A stretch of 64,000 bases of DNA from an uncultured Gemmatimonadota bacterium (GTDB lineage Bacteria; Gemmatimonadota; CAZMKB01). The notes beneath the pieces are model-generated. The model was not told where the DNA came from. It worked only from the letters and a program-made list of their open reading frames with translations, and searched no databases. The number at the start of each line of letters is the position of its first letter. Position 1 is the stretch's first letter. Below, in pieces: positions 57,770 through 64,000 of the stretch. The translations under genes and the position numbers were made by a program. The stretch is from assembly GCA_964654825.1 (NCBI GenBank), contig CAZZKG010000008.1, positions 2,567-66,566 on the forward strand, given 5' to 3'.

Positions 57770-58445
57770 TTGCAGTATTTCCTGACACACAAACCGTCGA
57801 CATCGATGGATTTAAACGATGCGGTGCTGTCAGTAATGGGCCCCGGATCACCAATACTGGCCGTCGACCTCGGGGATTCTTCCGTGTCCACCGTCGTTGC
57901 AACCGGACTCTCGGGCACAGACAGCATAACCATGGATAGAGAGGGCAGGGTCTACGTCTCGGAGTGGACCGGCGACACGGTCCGGAGATACGATTGCAAT
58001 TTCAGCAATCCCCCCCGAGTTCTTCTCGATCAGACACAACGATCCAGCCGACATTTACTATGACAGGGTAAACGACCGCCTGATCGTCCCCAACTTCAGC
58101 TCACACAACCTTGATTCCATCCAGATTAATCCACTTGGTATCGACGAGCACGATATCAGATTGCCACGAGTCATCGGACTCCTCCAGAATTAGCCAAACC
58201 CCTTCAACCCGTTGACAACAATCTCATACATGCTTTCAGGCACCTGAGACTTATGTCTCTGTGTTTACAATGTGAAAGGACAGCTCGTCCGGCGTCTCGT
58301 GAACGAGAGCAAGAAATATGTAACACACAGCATCGTATGGGATGGGAAAAACACAAAGGGAGAGGAAGTGAGTTCAGGGATCTATTTCTCCAGATTAGAA
58401 GCCGGATTTGTGGTCCAATCCCGGAAGATGCTGCTCCTCAATTAA
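57770..58445 (+). pseudogene. Pseudogene: SMP-30/NHL-like beta-propeller + FlgD-Ig tail
   Basis: DSITMDREGRVYVSEW, then a frameshift near 58035 to HNDPADIYYDRVNDRLIVPNF, then QN-TAG(58191)-PNPFNPLTTISY, TGA at 58245, and WDGKNTKGEEVSSGIYFSRL...RKMLLLN*. Confidence 0.85.
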
Positions 58446-58520
58446 TAATCTGTGGTTTCATCAACATTCTCCTTGGGACCATACAAACAACGCTCGAGAA
58501 AACCTTAAGTTAACTACTCC

Positions 58521-59648
58521 CTATTCCCTGCTGCTGCGCATCATGATGATGGCGACCAGCGAGAAGATGGCGGCTGCCTGGAAGAGCTCGAGGAACACAT
58601 CGACGGTGCTGCTGGTCCGGATCACCACCGCACCGATACCGAGGATGGCGGTAAAGGCATAGATGAAGAGCACGCTCTCCTTCTTGGAGAGCCCAAGTTG
58701 ATTGAGACGGTGGTGAAGGTGATCCTTTCCGGTGAACTCGAGCCACTCGTTGAACGTGGACACCTTCCTTTGAAAGACGCGGGAGATCGTCGTGTACACC
58801 GTGTCGAGAATCAACACCCCCATGATCAGAAGCGGGATGCTGAGTGCCTTCACCGGATCGCCTTCCGCCCACTCACCCATCACGGCGACGCTGGCGAGCA
58901 TGAATCCGATGAAGGTCGAACCCGTATCACCCAAAAAGAGTGTTGCCGACTTGATCTGCCGGAAGTTGTAGGGCAGGAAGCCGAGCGAGCTTCCGAGGAG
59001 TGCCATGGTGATGAGGAGAAACACCTCCTGCCCCGTGCGCATCGCGATCAGGCCGAAGAAGAAACACGTGATGGCGGCGATACCGGCCGCCAGACCGTCC
59101 ATTCCGTCCAGAAAATTGAAAGCGTTTGTGATTCCCACGATCCAGAGCACCGTCAGTACCGCTTCGGCGACATGCCAGAGGGGGGTGTTGGGAAATACAT
59201 CGATGTACACACCCCAGAGAGGAGGGATCATCGCAACGGCGATCTGCACGAAAAACTTTACGCGTGCGGACAGCCCCCACACGTCATCGAGCACTCCCAG
59301 GAGGAACACTAGCGTGGCCGCGATGAGGATCGCCTTAACCGCCGTGGACAGAATCCCGTTGGCCAGGATCGTGATGGTGAAGGCCAGGAAAATGGCGATT
59401 CCACCCAGAAGCGGAGTGGGCTTGTTGTGGACATTCCTCTCGGCTGGATAATCGAGCACCCCCACCGTCCTCGAGCACCATCTCACGACGGGTGTGAGCA
59501 GGTATGCCAGGACAAAGGAGTAGAGGACGATGTGCAGCCAGGCATTCCCGCTCGCATCGAAAATGTCTTTCAGCCGGAAGTGGGCGAATGACCCGATCAG
59601 GCCCGCGAAGACTCCGTAACGCACCAGTTCTGTCCGGTTGATCTTCAT
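58521..59648 (-). CDS. MraY/WecA-family undecaprenyl-phosphate HexNAc-1-phosphate transferase
   Basis: VHNKPTPLLGG, GVLDD, TNAFNFLDGMDGLA, FLGDTGS, HLHHRL. Confidence 0.94.
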   Translation of the reverse strand: MKINRTELVRYGVFAGLIGSFAHFRLKDIFDASGNAWLHIVLYSFVLAYLLTPVVRWCSRTVGVLDYPAERNVHNKPTPLLGGIAIFLAFTITILANGILSTAVKAILIAATLVFLLGVLDDVWGLSARVKFFVQIAVAMIPPLWGVYIDVFPNTPLWHVAEAVLTVLWIVGITNAFNFLDGMDGLAAGIAAITCFFFGLIAMRTGQEVFLLITMALLGSSLGFLPYNFRQIKSATLFLGDTGSTFIGFMLASVAVMGEWAEGDPVKALSIPLLIMGVLILDTVYTTISRVFQRKVSTFNEWLEFTGKDHLHHRLNQLGLSKKESVLFIYAFTAILGIGAVVIRTSSTVDVFLELFQAAAIFSLVAIIMMRSSRE

Positions 59649-60706
59649 CCCGTCATCTCCGCCATGTGTCGCCTCAATTCTTTCGTGATGTGAAGTACGT
59701 CTGCTTTCGCAAGTAATGGGTAGACAGGGAGTGATAGAAAACTCTCAAAGGCTTCGCTGCAGCCAGGAAGATCGCTCTCTCCGAGCATCCGGAACACAGG
59801 CTCCTCGAACGGTCTCCTGCACTGGACACCTGCATCCTCCATCCCGTCTATCGTCCCCCCTGCGTCATTTCGCAGGAGCTCGACCACGAACCTGAAATAC
59901 GCCGGGACATTACCCTCCTCCTCCTCGATGAACCCCACGTCACACCCTGAGAGTTCTCGCAGATAATGTGCCGCGACCCTCCTCCTCTTTTCGTGAAACT
60001 CATCGAGCCGCGCCAGCTGGCTGCGTCCGAGTGCGGCCTGGATATCACTCATCGTGTAGTGGTATGTGAGTCCTCTGCCGGTATCCCTGGATGATCTCAA
60101 CCCCTCCACATTCGCGAGGATCTGCACGTCATCCGAGGCCACCATGCCGCCTTCTCCAGTTGTGATGAGCTTCGTCGCAAAAAAGGAGAACACACTCACC
60201 GTCCCGAACGATCCCACAGCCTGTCCTTCAACCGAGGCTCCGAGTGACTGAGCGCAGTCCTCGATGACCGGTACACCCAGCTCTCCTACAATCTCGACCG
60301 GTCCCGGGTATCCCAGCAGGTGAACGAGTACGACAGCCCGGGCACCTCTCTTTACCGCTCTCAGGAGGCTCTCCTCATCCATCACCATTCTCGCCGGGTC
60401 GATGTCCACCAGGACAGGGGAGCCCCCGGCAAGTTGAACAGCATGATAAACCGAGGAACAGCAGTACCCCGGGATCGCGACACGGTCTCCTTCGCGTACT
60501 CCAACCGCAAGGAGCCCCAGGTGGAGAGCGGCGGTCCCCGAGCTCACGCAGACACCGTCGGCGACACCGATTTTCGAAGCGAGTTCTTCCTCGAAGCTTC
60601 TGACTTCCTCACCCTGAGAGAGCCAGCCGCTCTCGAGCACTCTCCGGATCGCATCGATGTCCTGTCTGCCTATAGTCGGTCTCGAATGCCCTATAACCTC
60701 ACTCAT
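59645..60706 (-). CDS. DegT/DnrJ/EryC1/StrS aminotransferase
   Basis: SSGTAALH, VIEDCAQSLG, FSFFATKLITTGEGG, MSDIQAALG, LSLPVYP. Confidence 0.93.
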   Translation of the reverse strand: MSEVIGHSRPTIGRQDIDAIRRVLESGWLSQGEEVRSFEEELASKIGVADGVCVSSGTAALHLGLLAVGVREGDRVAIPGYCCSSVYHAVQLAGGSPVLVDIDPARMVMDEESLLRAVKRGARAVVLVHLLGYPGPVEIVGELGVPVIEDCAQSLGASVEGQAVGSFGTVSVFSFFATKLITTGEGGMVASDDVQILANVEGLRSSRDTGRGLTYHYTMSDIQAALGRSQLARLDEFHEKRRRVAAHYLRELSGCDVGFIEEEEGNVPAYFRFVVELLRNDAGGTIDGMEDAGVQCRRPFEEPVFRMLGESDLPGCSEAFESFLSLPVYPLLAKADVLHITKELRRHMAEMTG

Positions 60707-60715
60707 TACTACCCT

Positions 60716-61330
60716 TCAGATATTGATGAACAGCCTCAGAGAAGCGAATGACTCAGCGTACTTGACCCTTCCCTGGATACCCCGGAACATGGCGGCCGAT
60801 GTGGCACACTCGACGATATTCAGATCCTCTATGTTCGTTTTGGCTATCTGGGAGGCATGTGCCGCCAGCAGCTTCTTCTTCTTTCCCATCACACTGCCGA
60901 TGTCCACAAACACATTGGGTGTGAAATTCTGCGTTGTCGGCGCTTCGTAGAAGAGAAAATTCTTCACATACCTCGTCGCCGACTGCGTACTCTGAGACAG
61001 CATGCGGTGGTCCTGGTGCGTGTCGTCCCAGAAGTGTGTGAAGATGAAGTGCGGGTGCACCTTCTCCATGACCTTCTCGATTTCCCCGATGAGCCCCTGG
61101 TTGAGAGGGATCCGCGTGTCGTGGTATTTCCCCCAGAAAATCTGCTTCACCCCGACAATGCCGCCCGCCTCTTTCTGTTCCTTCTTCCTCACTTCCGGAT
61201 CACCACCGAGTTCACCGTGCGTTGCAATGTACAGGTAGATGTGATGACCTTTTTCCGCGTACTTGATGAGCGTACCTCCGCATCCGTACTCGAGATCATC
61301 CGGGTGCGCCCCTATCGCGAGGATGTTCAT
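60716..61330 (-). CDS. PIG-L/LmbE-family N-acetyl-sugar deacetylase
   Basis: MNILAIGAHPDD (ATG 61330 overlaps the WbqC stop), THQDH, HASQ, AESF. Confidence 0.92.
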   Translation of the reverse strand: MNILAIGAHPDDLEYGCGGTLIKYAEKGHHIYLYIATHGELGGDPEVRKKEQKEAGGIVGVKQIFWGKYHDTRIPLNQGLIGEIEKVMEKVHPHFIFTHFWDDTHQDHRMLSQSTQSATRYVKNFLFYEAPTTQNFTPNVFVDIGSVMGKKKKLLAAHASQIAKTNIEDLNIVECATSAAMFRGIQGRVKYAESFASLRLFINI

Positions 61331-62061
61331 CGATTTTCTCCCATCCTGCCCGTGACCGTGAGGTGCCGGGTGTGTTGCGAGTTGCCGCTTTTTATCACCA
61401 GGAGACTGTCGGGACCGCAATTGAACAGGATGTCCACCGCACTCAACCCACCGGCGAATTCCCCGGAGTGCTGGGGATAGACCGGCGGCGTGTAGTCCTG
61501 GAAAACGACCTCGATGTCACTCAACACAAACCTCTTCACATCGAGATATTCCCTGGCCCCGCTGCCGGACAGATAGACATCAGCCCCCAGCTCCCGGCAT
61601 ATCCAGACGAGTCTCTCCGTCGGTTCTTCGGGCATCCTGCCGAGCTCAGACGCCATCACGAGCTCTGTCTCTATTCCAAGTTTTTCTCTCATCATCCGTA
61701 TACAGTCAACGTTCAAATCGGCCAGTTTGTCCCAGTCGAAATCAAGATGTTCGACGAGACCTTCCTCGTATGTATCGAAATGGGGTGACCTGGCGTAGGA
61801 GAACCTGATTGCATTCTTCTGCTTCCTTCTCCAACCCCTCGTATTGTCGATGGTCACTTCACTGATCCGCTGGCCGTAACGGTAGTGGATAGGGACAGTG
61901 AGCCACTGCCATCCATCAGGAGATTTAATCCTGTTCCTGTTCTGCCACTCGTTCTTCTTGTACTGGACATTATCGAGGAGAACGAAGATATCACTCCGTG
62001 CCATCTTGTCCCAGTATCCCGACCAGGGAAGATACTGCGGCTGATGAATCGCTGCTATCAT
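61327..62061 (-). CDS. WbqC-family protein
   Basis: HQPQYLPWSGY, LDNVQYKKNEWQNRNRI, LTVP, YLSGSGAREY, LSAVDILFNCG. Confidence 0.94.
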   Translation of the reverse strand: MIAAIHQPQYLPWSGYWDKMARSDIFVLLDNVQYKKNEWQNRNRIKSPDGWQWLTVPIHYRYGQRISEVTIDNTRGWRRKQKNAIRFSYARSPHFDTYEEGLVEHLDFDWDKLADLNVDCIRMMREKLGIETELVMASELGRMPEEPTERLVWICRELGADVYLSGSGAREYLDVKRFVLSDIEVVFQDYTPPVYPQHSGEFAGGLSAVDILFNCGPDSLLVIKSGNSQHTRHLTVTGRMGENR

Positions 62062-63590
62062 TAGAGACCTGCCTCTTTAAAAGGCGTAGCGTGAGCTTCC
62101 CTACGAGCTCCCCTCACGAATACGGGATTCGTCGCCAGGACCGGGAACTCTCCGCCTACGACCAATCGGTAGTACCAGAGCTCGTCCGGCGACGGTATTT
62201 CCGTTTCACTGAACACCCAATCTACTCCGGGTGTCAGCTCCGATTCGATCAGCACTCTGCCATTGCGGATGAGTTGAACTTCACCCCGGAAGCCTTCTTC
62301 TGTATCGAATCCAGGATTGAACGTGAACAGTGGCGGTGCCGTGACGGTGATCTCTCGACCCGTGGCAGCCGAACCGCCGCCTGCCGGATCGGTCACTCTG
62401 AACACGGGATGGGTCATCTGAAGCCCGATCCCCTCGCGGACGGCAATCATCCTGCCTTCCCGCATGGCGGTTAGGACCCCTGAGGTACTCCTCTCATCAA
62501 CGAAACAGATGGTGAGTGTCTCACCGATGAGATCTTCTCCGTGCTCCCCTTCCCAGTCGAGTTCCCCGACGGCCCAGACGGGCCGCTCCCGCTCACCACC
62601 TGTGTACTCGAGGAGAACCCGGTCCCAGATGCCTCCGGGCGAACCGATCTCCCGGTCCCCGCTCCAGAATATGGCAAAACCGTCATAATTTTTGGTTTCG
62701 AGGAGGTGATCGTGATACGGCCGGGTCTCATACTTCACACCCTCGTATTCACCAGTGACTGATGCCTCCGGATGAGCCCAGAACGTGAGTGCCCCCTGAG
62801 CGTTGGAATAATCGATGAGTTTCTGATACGGCACTGCGCCATGGTCCCCGTGATACTGGTCGATCTCACTCGAGTGAAAGGGAGAAACTTCGACCAGTAC
62901 AAGAACACCCAGAGTGATTACGATAAACCCCGGTATCCGCGGCCACCTGCTGAATGTCGTGTATGAGAGCTTGTCGAACTGAATTGTCCTCATCACCTGT
63001 TTCCGCACCATGTATACACCGGCTGCCATCATTCCGACCGGCAGGAGTAGCATCGACAGTCCGGTCCGACTGCCGCCGTTGAATCCCCGGTGGATCGACG
63101 GGAGCTCCGAGTACTGTTTTGCTTGAGTGAGACCGACTACGAGCATGTGCTCCTGCCAGTTTACAAGTTTGAGATTCCGGTCGATGGGATTACCCTCCCA
63201 GTAGTAGAACGGTACGGCTTCAGTACCCGGGATGAGGATCAGTCCCGGATGTCTTCTCGAAGCTTCTTCGATCTCCTCGAGGTAACGCCCGGCACCATAA
63301 GTCTCGATCGAGGGAAAACTTCTGGTCTTTTTGATCAGGTGCCTGAAGGGAAACAGCCCGTATGTGATCTCGGCATTGTCATGATCTGCGAAAATCGCCC
63401 CGTCGATGCCGTTTTTCTCGAGAAACCCGGCAATCTCATCGACGCCGTACCTGCCGCCCGAAGCCCTCGTGTCGATGTGGACGGCGATTGCCACCACTTC
63501 ATAGGCACCGGCGGCGGCCGGGACAGTCGCTAGTGCCGAAACCAGCACCAGGCAGAACAGCAGAACACATCGGACAGGGTGCACGATCAC
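62061..63590 (-). CDS. PHP-fold metallo-hydrolase-like membrane protein
   Basis: Signal/TM N-terminus, AVHIDT, FADHD, IPGTE, HMLVVG, WAHP, two internal TM helices. Confidence 0.65.
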   Translation of the reverse strand: MIVHPVRCVLLFCLVLVSALATVPAAAGAYEVVAIAVHIDTRASGGRYGVDEIAGFLEKNGIDGAIFADHDNAEITYGLFPFRHLIKKTRSFPSIETYGAGRYLEEIEEASRRHPGLILIPGTEAVPFYYWEGNPIDRNLKLVNWQEHMLVVGLTQAKQYSELPSIHRGFNGGSRTGLSMLLLPVGMMAAGVYMVRKQVMRTIQFDKLSYTTFSRWPRIPGFIVITLGVLVLVEVSPFHSSEIDQYHGDHGAVPYQKLIDYSNAQGALTFWAHPEASVTGEYEGVKYETRPYHDHLLETKNYDGFAIFWSGDREIGSPGGIWDRVLLEYTGGERERPVWAVGELDWEGEHGEDLIGETLTICFVDERSTSGVLTAMREGRMIAVREGIGLQMTHPVFRVTDPAGGGSAATGREITVTAPPLFTFNPGFDTEEGFRGEVQLIRNGRVLIESELTPGVDWVFSETEIPSPDELWYYRLVVGGEFPVLATNPVFVRGARREAHATPFKEAGL

Positions 63591-64000
63591 TTCTTCCCTC
63601 CACTGCCGTTTCCGAGAAGTTCGTGGTAGAGTGACGTGTACTCCGCCACCATCCTCTCACGGGAAAACATTGCCGCTCTCTCTTCACCGGCGATTGCGAG
63701 TTTCGAGCTTAAGTCCTTATTTTTCAATATACTGAGCATACATCGTGCCAGTGAGAGAGGGTCCTCCGGACGCACGAGGAAGCCGTATTTCCCACCGTCG
63801 AGGACTTCGGACACCCCGCCGACCGCGGTGGCTATGACCGGAACTCCCGTCGCCATGGCCTCGAGAAGTACGATCCCGAGCCCTTCATTTACCGAAGTGA
63901 GCACGAACAGATCGATTGATTTCATAAATGCCTGCGTATTTTCGCTTCTCCCGAGGAACTTTATCTTTCCGTCCAGACCCCTGGTCCCGGACAGCTCTCG
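63587..64000 (-). CDS. GT4 (GT-B) glycosyltransferase, 5'-partial
   Basis: Open to the window edge; FVLTSVNEGLGIVLLEAMATGVPVIATAVGG. Confidence 0.93.
   Translation of the reverse strand, partial: RELSGTRGLDGKIKFLGRSENTQAFMKSIDLFVLTSVNEGLGIVLLEAMATGVPVIATAVGGVSEVLDGGKYGFLVRPEDPLSLARCMLSILKNKDLSSKLAIAGEERAAMFSRERMVAEYTSLYHELLGNGSGGKK

Noticed and set aside
58191-58247. Recoded TAG/TGA in the propeller-tail gene
   Set aside because: The TAG replaces the Tyr of QNYPNPF. Two different stops plus a frameshift and a missing N-terminus indicate decay, not recoding.
1-64000. CRISPR array, tRNA (including tRNA-Sec) or rRNA
   Set aside because: No regularly spaced repeats or cloverleaf/rRNA signatures were seen; intergenic gaps are short and explained otherwise.

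Overview
Chromosomal window from a GC-rich bacterium. Several secreted proteins end in 'NYPNPFNP...W(D/N)G...SG.Y' FlgD-Ig/T9SS-type-A-like tails, which suggests an FCB-group or related candidate-phylum organism (inference). Layout: (1) 1-16 kb housekeeping: ADP-forming acyl-CoA ligase plus DRTGG protein, then thiF-like, PSP1, a small acidic ORF and metG, then yebC-ruvCAB-queA-tgt-yajC-def-fmt-DUF2723. (2) 16-36 kb accessory block of exported enzymes: PAS/GAF sensor with no output domain, a UGA-interrupted thioredoxin-fold Omp28-like protein, M1/M14/S8 peptidases, a glycoside-hydrolase/esterase fusion, and alkaline-phosphatase/sulfatase-superfamily proteins. (3) 36-42 kb: metE, yitJ and a PPIase. 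(4) A frameshifted exported-protein gene and a degenerate IS630 at the left edge of an AT-richer surface-polysaccharide region (44-58 kb). That region holds an acetyltransferase, epimerase, LegC-like aminotransferase, phosphoglycosyl transferase, an inverted large glycoside hydrolase, and wzz-wzx-wzy-wzi bracketed by two decayed FlgD-tail gene relics. (5) A convergent GT4-PHP-WbqC-PIG-L-DegT-WecA operon. The best hidden signal is a probable exported selenoprotein at 18676-19704 (W-U-N-Y-C-P, a UxxC motif, with a candidate SECIS), which the ORF track truncates. Also missed by the track are a 47-aa hyper-acidic ORF coupled to metG and three sigma-54-type promoters in front of accessory genes. 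No rRNA, tRNA or CRISPR array was recognised. All family assignments come from motif recognition, not database searches.
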